Shown in pieces: positions 1 to 10,458 of a stretch of DNA of 64,000 bases. The DNA is from an uncultured Acidobacteriota bacterium (GTDB taxonomy: Bacteria; Acidobacteriota; UBA6911; RPQK01; JAPXNP01). Position 1 is the stretch's first letter. Every line of letters starts with the position of its first letter. Below the pieces are notes generated by a model. It ran no database searches. It saw nothing but the letters and a program-made list of their open reading frames with translations, and had not been told where the DNA came from. The stretch lies in assembly GCA_963777605.1 (NCBI GenBank), contig CAVZRV010000013.1, positions 150,520 through 214,519 on the forward strand. The letters run 5' to 3'. A program made the position numbers and the translations under genes.

Positions 1-2
1 TT

Positions 3-134
3 TTGGCGGATTCCCGGTTTTGCGTTCTGTTCGCGGTCGATTTAGAGGAAAATAATGTTCGGGTCGTGACGGCATATCGCCCGGATCCCGATGAGTGGAC
101 CGAAGACCTGAGAACAAGGAGAACCAAGAAATGA
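3..134 (+). CDS. DUF4258-like protein, 3' part (putative toxin of a toxin-antitoxin pair), truncated by the window edge
   Basis: Frame from base 3 reads LADSRFCVLFAVDLEENNVRVVTAYRPDPDEWTEDLRTRRTKK*, with the typical VVTAYxPD...W C-terminus. Its stop overlaps the next ATG (ATGA 131-134). Confidence 0.7.
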   Translation: MADSRFCVLFAVDLEENNVRVVTAYRPDPDEWTEDLRTRRTKK

Positions 135-351
135 AGTGTCGTGTCTGCGGAAGTCATCTGGAAGCCACGACGACAGACCTCCCGTTCAAAGTCACGGAAC
201 ACACGATCGTGATCCTCAAGAAGTTGCCGGTGGCACAGTGCAAGCGATGCAGCGAATATCTGATTGAAGACACGGTCTTGAAAGAGTCGAAGAACTGTTC
301 TCCAAGGTAGACACATCAGCTGAACTTGAAATCATCCCATTCGCTGCGTGA
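131..351 (+). CDS. YgiT-type zinc finger protein (MqsA-like antitoxin), one apparent frameshift
   Basis: MKCRVCGS...VAQCKRCSEYL (two CxxC). After a 1-nt shift near 282 it continues RVEELFSKVDTSAELEIIPFAA* to 351. Confidence 0.7.
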
Positions 352-655
352 TTCAAGGAATCGAGCCAACACCCAGTCGGGGGCTGCTGGGCTCCCCGGC
401 ACGTCTCTCTATCTCTGAAGTAGTGGTGATCGCCCCGTTTGTCGATGCAAAATTTGAGGCCTTCTGTCCGATAAATTGATTTGTCCATTAGTAATGGACA
501 TGCAATATTAGTGGACGTTCGCAGGCCTTGGCCCGACTTGACTAGCCACGAGCAGGCAACCTCCAATCGAGGGATTTCCGTCCGTGGATGAGCCACGGTT
601 GAATGGCTGACAGAGGGCTCTCGACGCGGCGAATTGGCCGATTTACGATGCGTCT

Positions 656-1051
656 ATGCCTTACCAAACCATCACTTTTGATCGCGAAAAGTTGTACGAG
701 GAAGTCTGGTCGATGTCCGTCTCCCAGTTGGCTCCGAAGTACGGGTTCTCGGACGTCGGACTCGCCAAAATCTGCGAGAAGCTGAAGATCCCGAGACCCG
801 AGCGGGGTTACTGGGCCAAGGTGCAAGCCGGGAAGGCAATGGGTGTTCGCGAGCCCTCCGAATCATGGACACCACGCTCAAGGCGCTGGAGGAACGTGGA
901 TTTGCGATGGTTCTCCGGGAAACGGAACGTGAAGGTCAGAAGTGGGAAACCCGAGTCTAGGTACTCGGGGAGAGTATTGGGATCCGTCTCCGCGAGCGCT
1001 ATCAGCAAGTCCGAAACGAAGGAAAGAACGCTTATCCAAGAGTTGAGCTGA
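656..1051 (+). pseudogene. Mobile-element-associated hypothetical protein; N-terminus recognisable, remainder degenerate
   Basis: REKLYEEVWS...LAKICEKLKIPRPERGYWAK is a conserved HTH-like N-terminus common in integrative elements. Downstream sequence loses coherence. Confidence 0.5.
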
Positions 1052-1300
1052 AACGGACCGGCATCCTGGAACTCACCTATGGATACAGCTACTCGGAGAC
1101 GGGGTGCCGGGATGGAAAGAAATCGCTCGAAGAGCAGCTCAATGCCTTCATGATCAAACTCATCAAGCACCTAGCAAAACGACGAGGCGAATCGATTCGA
1201 AGTCAACGTGAGGAAGAGATCGAAGAACAGCGGCGGCAGTATTGAACCGCCATCAGATGTCCAAAGTGTTCTGCTTCTTAGATCAAGAGCCCCTTACCTC

Positions 1301-2851
1301 TCACGGTTCATGAACTCCGATGGATGGTCTTGTACCAGTCTTCAGTTCCTTGCCCCAGAAATCCTGGCCGCCGTTTTCCGCAATTGGTACACCCGCCCCA
1401 ATCGCCGGAGACCCTGGTGCCAGTTTATAGCCCTCAACGCTTTCGAAACTTTTAGATCCCTTGCCCGGATCAACCAGTTTTGGGTCGTTTATCATGGCTC
1501 TCCATGCCTCAGGAATATCCTCGAAATTGCCTTTCAGCATATTCGCCTCGAACACAATGTTGTTTGATCCCCCAAAGCCCGGTTCAGTGATGAAGGTACC
1601 GTCATCAGCCTCACCTTGCTTTCTCCTGAGGCCGAATCTGTTCCGACCCATACCGTCCGAGTAGAAGATATTGTTCTGGATAGCCACACTGGATGGCCAT
1701 ATACTGCCTTCGATAGTCCAGAGGAAGAGATAGGCGTCGATATCCTCCCCGATGTAGAAGAGATTATTATAGATTTGAACGTCCCGGGTCCGGCCGGCCA
1801 CGTGAAACAGGCGAGCCTTGTCATTCTGACTGATGTTGTATCGAACAACCGTGTCGGAATTATCGCCGCACATCAACATGAAACCACCGTCGTTGTCGTG
1901 AGAATAGTTATACTGGAAGGTCGTATTGTAACAGAAACCATCGGTGTCGAATGCCTGTCCATCCTTGGTTCCTTTAACTCCGCTGACTTCATTGAACTGG
2001 ATCACTGTATTGTCACAATTCCAGGGCCAAATCCCGGCGGCATAGTCATCACACCTTTGACGGGCGCCTTCAACCACGTTGTATTCGACGACTGCACCAT
2101 CACATGACCAGATTTTGATCGCATCACCGCCGATATCCAGCAACCTGTTTTTGCGGATTACCACGTTCAAACTCGGGTACCACTCCTCTCCACGTCCGCT
2201 TGGATAACCGGAGTATCCGCAAATGCCGTTGCGATCGGTACGTTCCAGGAGGCAGCCTTCGATAAGGAGGTCATCAAAACGGCTCAGCTTCTCTTTACCT
2301 CCAATCTGCCAGGTGATCCCATGCCCTTCACCTGAATCACGCTTTATCAGGGAGCCATTCACATCGTGGACGTGTAGATTTCGGAGGTGAATATGGTGCA
2401 TGGTTCCAAAGTTCCAGGAGCGCAAACGGACTCCGTAACGGAGTTCTTCTCGCGTGGGTCCCTGATTGGTTAGCTGAAGGTTGTTCAACTCCCAGTACTC
2501 CTGGTTTTCGAGTAGTAAGGCCTCGGAGAACTTGCCCTCTGCAGCAATAACCGGCTTTTCCCCGGTGTCATACATATCAACGAGGACAGGCGCTTCCATT
2601 GAACCGGAACCTTTCGGGCTCAATCGCCCTTGATACGCCGTTCCGGCCTGGATAAACAGACGGTCCCCGGGACCAAAAACGAAAGCATTGACTTTGTTGA
2701 GACTCTTCCAGGGACTTCTTTCGGAGAGTCCGTTGTTGCGGTCATCCCCGTTTGCACTGCTCAGATAATATGTTCGTGGCTGTTCCGTACAGGCAACAAC
2801 CACAAGGGTCAGAGCTGCGATAACCAAAATCGAATATAGTTGTGATCTCAT
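1301..2851 (-). CDS. Right-handed parallel beta-helix (pectate lyase-like) lipoprotein
   Basis: ATG at 2851 with GGAGG SD, lipobox-like VVAC, YYLSS.NGDD.N.G.S...PWKSL motif, and repeated IQxN/YNxS beta-helix coils. Confidence 0.8.
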   Translation of the reverse strand: MRSQLYSILVIAALTLVVVACTEQPRTYYLSSANGDDRNNGLSERSPWKSLNKVNAFVFGPGDRLFIQAGTAYQGRLSPKGSGSMEAPVLVDMYDTGEKPVIAAEGKFSEALLLENQEYWELNNLQLTNQGPTREELRYGVRLRSWNFGTMHHIHLRNLHVHDVNGSLIKRDSGEGHGITWQIGGKEKLSRFDDLLIEGCLLERTDRNGICGYSGYPSGRGEEWYPSLNVVIRKNRLLDIGGDAIKIWSCDGAVVEYNVVEGARQRCDDYAAGIWPWNCDNTVIQFNEVSGVKGTKDGQAFDTDGFCYNTTFQYNYSHDNDGGFMLMCGDNSDTVVRYNISQNDKARLFHVAGRTRDVQIYNNLFYIGEDIDAYLFLWTIEGSIWPSSVAIQNNIFYSDGMGRNRFGLRRKQGEADDGTFITEPGFGGSNNIVFEANMLKGNFEDIPEAWRAMINDPKLVDPGKGSKSFESVEGYKLAPGSPAIGAGVPIAENGGQDFWGKELKTGTRPSIGVHEP

Positions 2852-3121
2852 TAATCCTCCCAGGGATTTGCCGACCTGCGGGCGGATAGAGCTTTGTCGC
2901 AAGTCAGCGCGGGCCCCCCGGTTCGACGGGGATCATTCAATGGGTGAAACTCACAGATATCGAGGCCTCTGGAATCCTTTATTCTTTGTTCTATATTCTT
3001 TAATCCGACTCCTGAATTCTGCATTCTGAATTCTGACTTCTGTTCTTGAAGTTTCGGATCAGTAGATCAATGTTGTCCTCCCGAACATATTGGTTTCATG
3101 GCCATCCGGTTTTTCCTGGAC

Positions 3122-4111
3122 TTAGTTCCTGCCGTTGAGAACGCGCATTCCGGGAGGTCGGGACATCATTTCCTCGATGAGTTCGGCCATCTCGTCAGGC
3201 CGGAGTCTTGGCAGAACCAGGTGATGGTTCGCCCGGTCCACCCGGGGATTCCAGACAACCTGGCCGTCCGACTTCCGCTCCACGCTTCCGGAATCTTCGA
3301 TAGTGAAGAGTTCTGGTCTGATCACAAACAGAACAGCTACCTGGTCCCAACTGGAGCGACCTTCTGTGATCGCTGTCCCATTTCCCCACAGCCGATAGGC
3401 TTCACGGACAGGATTCGATTCAGGAGTGAAAGGCAGCAATCGATGCCCTGTTAGAATGTCTTTTCCGGCGGGTGAAATGTAAAACGGCTTAAACCATCTT
3501 TCGAGTAGTTCTTTGCAATAGGCAGACATTCCCATTTCCTGGAAGTTCCATCCTCCCATTCCCATGGCTACCCACCTTTTCACCTTGCTTCGCACCAGTT
3601 CTTCACCCTTGGAATCGCGCAAGAGATGGACTAGGCCATGCGGATGCCCGACAGTGCAGATCGTTACGCTCTGATTCGGCTGCGACAAGAGAATGGACTT
3701 GTAGACATCAACAAGATCGGGAGCTTGGTCCACAATGTCATGACCAAAACGTTTTGTGTCCCTGGCGATTTGTTCGGTGTAAGAATTATGATGATCTCCT
3801 ACATCGGTACCCTGGTACTGACCGAGAGGGAGGTCGCCCCGCCCATAATAAGTGTTAATTGCGTCGCACGTCCCGACCCCATAACGGTTCTTCCCGCTGC
3901 TGAAAACAACTCCCAGGATTTTCACTTCGCCTGCATCTGCCAGGGAATGCAGCACAGCCAGCGCGCCGGCATCATCGCAATCGGAACCCATATCCGTATC
4001 GAATATCACTGCAGGAACATCCGTCTCGGCCCCATTCAGGCCCATCGGGCAGAAAAGCAGAAGCATCAGAATAGTTGATGTAAACAGATAAAATCTATCA
4101 AAAGAATTCAT
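3122..4111 (-). CDS. Nucleoside hydrolase (IU-NH) family protein, secreted
   Basis: DTDMGSDCDDAGAL N-terminal aspartate motif, SWDQ motif, signal peptide. Confidence 0.8.
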   Translation of the reverse strand: MNSFDRFYLFTSTILMLLLFCPMGLNGAETDVPAVIFDTDMGSDCDDAGALAVLHSLADAGEVKILGVVFSSGKNRYGVGTCDAINTYYGRGDLPLGQYQGTDVGDHHNSYTEQIARDTKRFGHDIVDQAPDLVDVYKSILLSQPNQSVTICTVGHPHGLVHLLRDSKGEELVRSKVKRWVAMGMGGWNFQEMGMSAYCKELLERWFKPFYISPAGKDILTGHRLLPFTPESNPVREAYRLWGNGTAITEGRSSWDQVAVLFVIRPELFTIEDSGSVERKSDGQVVWNPRVDRANHHLVLPRLRPDEMAELIEEMMSRPPGMRVLNGRN

Positions 4112-4230
4112 AACTCACTAGTAGGCGATATTTTTGAAAGAGTCAAACAGAAAAGTGCCGTCTATGAGAGGAGTATCTTTCTCCCCTGGCCCTGACTCAG
4201 AAGGAACCGACAGATCGTCTCGGCTGTGAT

Positions 4231-4714
4231 GTGAAGGTTATCAACACCGAGTACTTTCGCATCCGGTCCGGCGCCGTGACCGACCTCTTCTACAGCCGAG
4301 TCTCCGGCCGCCGCATCAAGACCGCCGTCTTCGTCAGCCCGCCGCTGCTTTTCAGCAAGGGAAAGAAGCACTACATGACGATGTCTGAGCTCAACACTGC
4401 TGCAGCTGGATTTTGGCAACTCCGTTGGATATCTCTCGATTCCTTTCGTCGGCCCCGTTAATGTCGTGACGGGCAAGTGGGCGGAACGGGACTTCAATCG
4501 AATGCTTGCGGAACTGACGGCGATTGCAGGAGGTTTACCCTACTCTGCCGACTCTGCTACAGCATTACCCTATGATCGAATCGTGGCCTCGAGAGAGGAC
4601 GTTCTCTACCACGCGTTTACGTATCTACGCCACGTTCTGACGACGGACGATCCTGGTGAGCAGCTCCTCCCAGCCCTGCGATCCATTCTTGCCGACCCCC
4701 ATCGGAAGCTGTAG
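4231..4714 (+). CDS. Hypothetical protein, probably one gene split by a frameshift near 4445
   Basis: Two consecutive same-strand ORFs (4231-4461, 4466-4714). No recognisable motif. Confidence 0.35.
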
Positions 4715-5080
4715 CAGACCCGGCAATGAGTCGGATGGGTGTCTGAGAGGGAGAGGGGTACGGCATGGGCCAGATGTCGCTGGAGCCCGAACTTCCTGAA
4801 TGGCGGATAGCTCTTGGTGCCGACCCCACTGTCCGGGGATTTCTCACCAAAAGCGACTGGGAAAGATGTCTTTTCTGGTCACTGTTCCGGAGCAACTGTC
4901 TCGTGAGCGCAATTCTCCATCGTGGCTTGCGACGTTGCCTTCCGCTTGCCGACGGTCACTGCTGACTGATTCATGGGTGGGTTCACAAACCCTATATTAA
5001 GTACCTAATAAAGGGGTCATGGACCCAGTTGGTAGATTGCCGGCACCTCGAATGCCCTAGGCCACTCCTTGTGAATTCGC

Positions 5081-5638
5081 TCAGTCTGGGACTTTGAGCG
5101 TCTCCTGATTCTCGGCCACAAAACCACCCGGGCTCCAGTGATAGGTCGTCCGAACGAACTGGGTGGCGCAGCAGTCTCCATTGCTCCCCTCCGGCGAGTT
5201 GAGATCCACTACCAACTTCCCGTTCTTGACTCGAATACCTCTCAGGCCTCCATCCGCCCGGTCGCCGGTATTGAAATACCAAAGCGGATCCCGCTTTCCG
5301 TCGTGGAGGCTGTAGATGTAAACCAGTTGAGGAGCCGCCGAGCCCCCTGTCGTGATGTCCATTGTCAGCACGGCTTCATCATCCCCATCACCAGTCAGAT
5401 CACCGTATATGACGGCCTTCAGAGTGACCGGCATGTTCGAAAGGGATCCATCCGCACGCCGCTCAATGGGGATGGTTCCGTCGGTCAAGGTGAAGGTTCT
5501 GACCGGGGAATTTGGAATCATCAATCCCTCAGTCCAAGGGTAGGTGCAGTTCTCCCAATCGACGGAATGGATGTCCGCTATCGCTGTCGCGCCCAGAAGC
5601 CAGATCGCCAAGAAAAGGAACTTCATCGAAGCCTCCAC
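5081..5638 (-). CDS. Secreted hypothetical protein
   Basis: Signal peptide MKFLFLAIWLLGATAIA, YGDLTGDGDDEAV calcium-binding-like motif, DCC near the C-terminus. Confidence 0.6.
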   Translation of the reverse strand: MEASMKFLFLAIWLLGATAIADIHSVDWENCTYPWTEGLMIPNSPVRTFTLTDGTIPIERRADGSLSNMPVTLKAVIYGDLTGDGDDEAVLTMDITTGGSAAPQLVYIYSLHDGKRDPLWYFNTGDRADGGLRGIRVKNGKLVVDLNSPEGSNGDCCATQFVRTTYHWSPGGFVAENQETLKVPD

Positions 5639-5639
5639 C

Positions 5640-5921
5640 TCACTGTAAGCGATCCACCTCCAATAATTCTATGCCCCTGCGATACTCCCGGATCCATTCA
5701 TCAAGGTGGATGGGACGCTTCCCGCAGCACTTGGTGATGGCCTCTTCGATCTCCGTTGGCTCGAGGCGGGTATCTCCTTGTTTGAAAGCCTCGAGGATGA
5801 ACTTCTGGAACTTGCGCTGGTGGAGTGGATGGGGCATGGCCCAGTCGACGGTGCGGGCAAAGGCTTCGAGCTTCTGAAGCGTGGCCGGGTGCATGGTTGA
5901 CAATATACACCTTTTCTTCAC
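5640..5921 (-). CDS. Hypothetical protein
   Basis: 93-aa ORF directly upstream of 5081-5638 on the same strand. Confidence 0.4.
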   Translation of the reverse strand: MKKRCILSTMHPATLQKLEAFARTVDWAMPHPLHQRKFQKFILEAFKQGDTRLEPTEIEEAITKCCGKRPIHLDEWIREYRRGIELLEVDRLQ

Positions 5922-6235
5922 CTATGTGAACCGCCTCTTTCTGCATTGACTCGCCTTCGTGGCAGCGGTAGCCTCAACCAGTAGTCATGCCTGTAAAACG
6001 CCTGTTTGCACTTCTCTTCCTGTTGTCCTGCCTGTGTGCGAGTGCGTTCGCCCAAAGGCCTGTGGAGCTGGAGATATTTCTGACATCGGTTCAACCGACG
6101 CAATGCAAAGATGTCCGCGAAGTGGACTTTCGAAATCGGGTTTATGCCATCCATGACTTCGGCATGGGCTTCGTGGAGCTGAAGGACGGAAAGTGGGAGT
6201 TCAGCCCTCATACGATCACTCCTCCTCTGGCCAGT

Positions 6236-6415
6236 TCACCCGGAGATGGTGCTTTTGGAGACGCCGAGCCTCTCGGCAATCGCGCGGATCGAGTGACCTT
6301 CCTCCCGGAGTTTGAGGACCACCTTGGGCTTGATACCTGAGCTGGGACGGCCGAGACGCTTGCCCTGACTCTTGGCCCGCTCAAGGCCCATCACGACCCG
6401 TTCCCGGATCAGGGA
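6236..6415 (-). pseudogene. Serine resolvase/invertase C-terminal HTH fragment
   Basis: LIRERVVMGLERAKSQGKRLGRP...IRAIAERLGVSKSTI matches the resolvase C-terminus. The catalytic domain is absent. Confidence 0.7.
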
Positions 6416-6581
6416 TGTATTTCCGGTGGCCAAATTCGTCGGTGCAGACGGCGTAGTAGTAACCGGTGCTCTTGCGGAGGTAAATGTCGGCACTCACAGC
6501 CAAAATCGTAGCTCTCGGCAACGATTTTGCAACTATTTGATTGTTTGGCTGTAAGTTGTGGATTTTGAATGAGTAAAGATA

Positions 6582-6671
<90 letters not shown>

Positions 6672-6704
6672 ACAACCGTCATATACATCCCCGCATCCGG
6701 GATA

Positions 6705-6797
6705 CGGAGGAGGTGGGATTCGAACCCACGTGCCAAGCTCATCACCTGACAACCCGATTTCGAGTCGGGCCCGTTACGACCACTTCGGTACTCCTCC
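6705..6797 (-). tRNA. tRNA-Ser(CGA), CCA not encoded
   Basis: Reverse complement GGAGGAGTA...CCCGA-CTCGAAA-TCGGG, long variable arm, GGTTCGAATCC. Confidence 0.95.
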
Positions 6798-7023
6798 GCA
6801 CTCAGCCTGGAAGCATAGCATTAAAGCCTTCTGACGGGGCCAAGTCAAGCGGGCCGGGGGATTGGGAGCACTGGAAGAAAGGGATGAAGGTGAGGGACTC
6901 GAAGTCTTCAGGAATGGGACAATTTGACGAGCGCTGCATATCCAGGGCGCCCACGTTCCTCCAAATCCGAAACCTTCCAACCCCGGGCAAATCTGGTATA
7001 GTCTCCACTGGTTTATTTCTTGT

Positions 7024-7126
7024 CAGGTTTCGGGCCCTGTGCAACGGTCCCCCCGAACCATGTCAGGTCCGGAAGGAAGCAGCATTAAGGGGACCCGATC
7101 GTGTGCCGCAGGTAACCCGAAGCCTG
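7024..7126 (+). ncRNA. ffs: Small SRP RNA (4.5S)
   Basis: Conserved TCAGGTCCGGAAGGAAGCAGC domain IV, closing stem CAGGTTTCGGG/CCCGAAGCCTG, canonical position upstream of dnaX. Confidence 0.93.
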
Positions 7127-7175
7127 TCCTTCATGACTCTTCTCGGGTTCGGGCTGAAGTCGGTACCAGATCAGC

Positions 7176-8906
7176 ATGAGTTATCAAGTCATTGCCCGAA
7201 AATGGCGTCCCCAGAGTTTCGATGAGACGGTGGGGCAGGAGACCGTCACTCGCACCCTCCGGAATGCGCTCTCGACCGGCCGGATCGCCCACGCTTTTCT
7301 GTTTTCCGGAGTCCGCGGAGTAGGCAAGACCACGACCGCCCGAATCCTGGCCAAGGCGCTCAACTGCCATCGGGGGATCGGTGACCAGCCCTGCAACGAG
7401 TGCCCGTCCTGCCTCGAGATCACGGCCGGAAACTCGGTTGACGTGCACGAGATAGACGCAGCGTCCAACCGCGGAATCGACAGTATCCGGGAGCTTCGTG
7501 AAGGGGTCCGCTACGGAACCGCTCGAGACCGTTTCAAGATTTACATCGTGGACGAGGTCCACATGCTGACTAACGAGGCGTTCAACGCCCTCCTGAAGAC
7601 CCTGGAAGAGCCCCCCTCTCACGTCAAGTTCATCCTTGCTACCACCGAGTTTCACAAGATTCCGGCGACGATTACATCACGGTGCCAGAAGTACGATTTC
7701 AAGCCGATCCCCTTTAAGGCGATTCAGGAGCGGATCAGGCTGATTTGTGAGTCTGAAGCGGTCAAAGCCAGTGAGTACGTGATCGGAGTGGTTGCCGGCC
7801 TGGGCCAGGGGAGCATGCGGGACGCCCAGTCAGCTCTCGACCAGTTGATCGCATTTGGAGGCAAGGAGCTTCGAGACGAGGATGTCAAAGCCCTGCTGGG
7901 TGTCGTCGATCAGAGTGTTGTGGCCAACCTGATCGATGCGGTTCGCCTGAGCGATCGTTCCCGCCTGATTCAGGGAATCCAGGAACTTGCCGAATCGGGT
8001 ATTTCACCGTCGATTGTCTGCACAAAGGTGATCGAACGGGTCCGCTGCCTTCTGGTCTGCAAGGTTGCCGGTTGGGATCCGGTCCTGCTCCAGCTTCCGG
8101 ACAGCGAGCGGGAAAGCCTCCTTGAGCAGTCGGAGGGTTTTTCGGAGTTGGACCTGATCCGGTTCTACGATGTTCTGAATCGGACGCTCTCCGATCTCCG
8201 CTATCACTCCCAGCCGAGTGTCCACCTCGAAATCGCACTTCTGAAACTGGTTGAGGTGGGGCAACTGAGCCGCATCGAAGACGTCCTGCGAGAGATCCGT
8301 TCGGGTGGAGGCGGGAGCCGGGATACTTCCTCCTCACCGGGCCGGCGAGCCAGGTTTGAATCTCCGCGTCCCTCGATTGCCGGAAGACGACAGCGTGACA
8401 CTTCAGCGTCCGCCGTCGATACGGCCCGCCTCACCACGCCGGAGACGCGACCGGAGTCGAGTCCTTCCGCAACTCGTCCCGTCGAGAAGGTGTCGCCAGC
8501 CCCAAATCGCGAGCGGGAGGGGGATGATGCACCGGCCGGCGGGAGTGCGCCGTCCATGAACCTCGGGAACGGTCCGCTCACGGTTCGTACCCTGATGGGG
8601 GGATTGAAGGATCGCTTCAACTCGCTCTACGCTCAGCTTCAGACTGCGTCCGACATCCTCTATTCGGACGGCCGGCTGATGGTTCGATTTCCGGCCGGGG
8701 ACCAAATCCATGCGTCGATGCTGGATCGCGGACGGCTGTCGGCAGCTTTTGCTAGTATTCTCGGTTCGAAACCCGAGGTTGACGTGGAGGTTGACGAAAA
8801 CTCGGATGTGGAGGAGCCGGCCAAGGCTCCGACCGAGGATCCGAGGGTCCGGTCCTTTATCGACAAATTCCCGGGTAAAGTAGTAATTCGCAAACTGGAA
8901 GGCTAA
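7176..8906 (+). CDS. dnaX: DNA polymerase III subunit gamma/tau
   Basis: ARKWRPQ, GVRGVGKTT Walker A, EIDAASN, DEVHML, SRC motifs. Confidence 0.97.
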   Translation: MSYQVIARKWRPQSFDETVGQETVTRTLRNALSTGRIAHAFLFSGVRGVGKTTTARILAKALNCHRGIGDQPCNECPSCLEITAGNSVDVHEIDAASNRGIDSIRELREGVRYGTARDRFKIYIVDEVHMLTNEAFNALLKTLEEPPSHVKFILATTEFHKIPATITSRCQKYDFKPIPFKAIQERIRLICESEAVKASEYVIGVVAGLGQGSMRDAQSALDQLIAFGGKELRDEDVKALLGVVDQSVVANLIDAVRLSDRSRLIQGIQELAESGISPSIVCTKVIERVRCLLVCKVAGWDPVLLQLPDSERESLLEQSEGFSELDLIRFYDVLNRTLSDLRYHSQPSVHLEIALLKLVEVGQLSRIEDVLREIRSGGGGSRDTSSSPGRRARFESPRPSIAGRRQRDTSASAVDTARLTTPETRPESSPSATRPVEKVSPAPNREREGDDAPAGGSAPSMNLGNGPLTVRTLMGGLKDRFNSLYAQLQTASDILYSDGRLMVRFPAGDQIHASMLDRGRLSAAFASILGSKPEVDVEVDENSDVEEPAKAPTEDPRVRSFIDKFPGKVVIRKLEG

Positions 8907-8933
8907 CAGTCCGCCAGGGGGAGTAGTTTTTTC

Positions 8934-9236
8934 ATGAATCCGAAACAAATGCAGAAGATGCTGCGCCAGGCCCAGGAGATGCAGCAGCGTATGGAAGAAG
9001 AGATGGGCCAGATGGCAGTCGAAGGTTCGAGCGGCGGGGGGATGGTAACCGTCGTTATCGACGGCAAGAAGAATCTGAAGTCCGTGACGATCAAACCTGA
9101 GGCGGTCGATCCCGACGACGTGGAGATGCTGCAGGACATGATCGTGGCCGCCGTTCAGGACGCGAGCCGCAAGGCGGACGAGAGTCTCAGTTCCCAGTTG
9201 GGCGGCCTGACCGGTGGCCTGATGGGCGGCATGTAA
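8934..9236 (+). CDS. ybaB: YbaB/EbfC nucleoid-associated protein
   Basis: QAQEMQ...GSSGGGMV...EMLQDMIVAA. Lies between dnaX and recR. Confidence 0.95.
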   Translation: MNPKQMQKMLRQAQEMQQRMEEEMGQMAVEGSSGGGMVTVVIDGKKNLKSVTIKPEAVDPDDVEMLQDMIVAAVQDASRKADESLSSQLGGLTGGLMGGM

Positions 9237-9269
9237 CGTCGTTCAGAAGCGGCGGATTGGAGAACTGAC

Positions 9270-9866
9270 TTGTCGGACAAAGACCCGATTCAGACCCTGG
9301 TCGATGAGTTTCGCAAGTTGCCGGGCATCGGTCCGAAATCTGCGCAGCGAATCGTATTTCACCTGCTCAAACGCCCCGACGACACCTCGAGAGCCTTGGC
9401 TGAGGCGATCATCAACCTGAAGGCGCGATTGTGCCTGTGCAGCGTCTGCAACAACATTTCCGATGTGGATCCCTGCCGGTATTGCCGCAACGAAGAACGC
9501 GACCGCACGGTGATCTGCGTCGTCGAGGAGCCCTTTAATATCCTTTCTATAGAGAAGAGCGGCAGCTACCGGGGCCAGTACCATGTGCTGCACGGCGCCA
9601 TTTCGCCGATCAATGGGATCGGCCCGGAAGAGTTGAAGGTCAAGAACCTCTTGACCCGCCTTGCCGACGAAGAGGTCAAAGAAGTGATATTGGCGACCAA
9701 CCCGACTGCCGAGGGCGAGTCTACGGCCGTCTATTTATCCAGGTTGATCAAGCCTTCAGGCGTGAAAGTATCAAGAATCGGTTTGGGTATTCCGATGGGC
9801 AGCGACATCGAGTATGTCGACAGCCTGACGATTTCCCGCGCCCTGTCGGGCCGCAGCGATTTCTGA
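9270..9866 (+). CDS. recR: Recombination mediator RecR
   Basis: LPGIGPKSAQR HhH, C4 zinc finger, Toprim YHVLHG/ATNPT.EGE. Confidence 0.97.
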   Translation: MSDKDPIQTLVDEFRKLPGIGPKSAQRIVFHLLKRPDDTSRALAEAIINLKARLCLCSVCNNISDVDPCRYCRNEERDRTVICVVEEPFNILSIEKSGSYRGQYHVLHGAISPINGIGPEELKVKNLLTRLADEEVKEVILATNPTAEGESTAVYLSRLIKPSGVKVSRIGLGIPMGSDIEYVDSLTISRALSGRSDF

Positions 9867-10032
9867 TCGGGTCGGGCAGCCGATCAGGTTACGAAAGAGC
9901 GTTACCGGGAGGGTTTGGCCGGAAGTGATCCGAACCGCAAAAATGGTACCGACGCGAAGGTTCCGTTTGTTTCATTAAGCAAACTATCTTCGCGTTCTTC
10001 GTGACTTACCGGCCCAAGACTGAAATTCCAAG

Positions 10033-10458
10033 TTACCGCGGCGTTGGATCGGGCGGCGGCTCAACCCATGATTCGCCGTCGGGGGAGAATTCTTTCTTCC
10101 AGATTGGAACCTTCTGTTTCAGCGTATCGATAATGTACCGGGATGCGTCGAAGGCAGGGGCTCGGTGGGCGGAAGAGACTGCGATGAACACGCTCGAGTC
10201 TCCCACCTCCAGGCGGCCGATACGGTGGACGATCGCCACGCCTTCGAGAGGCCAGCGTTCGAGGGCCTCCCGGCGGATCGCTCTCATGACCTCCAGGGCG
10301 ACCGGAGGGTGGGCCTCGTAGTAGAGGTGCGTCACCGATTTGCCGGCCGAATGGTTGCGGACCCTTCCGTCGAAGGTGACCACTGCACCGGCGGCGTCGG
10401 ATGCGACTGCGGCAAGGACTTCTTCCTGGTCGATGGCCTGTTCCGTCAACTCGATCAT
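10033..10458 (-). CDS. moaE: Molybdopterin synthase catalytic subunit
   Basis: GAVVTFDGRVRN, HRIG, SSAHR, LKQKVPIWKKE. Confidence 0.95.
   Translation of the reverse strand: MIELTEQAIDQEEVLAAVASDAAGAVVTFDGRVRNHSAGKSVTHLYYEAHPPVALEVMRAIRREALERWPLEGVAIVHRIGRLEVGDSSVFIAVSSAHRAPAFDASRYIIDTLKQKVPIWKKEFSPDGESWVEPPPDPTPR

Noticed and set aside
7176-8906. dnaX programmed -1 frameshift (gamma subunit)
   Set aside because: No A-AAA-AAG or poly-A slippery site was seen.
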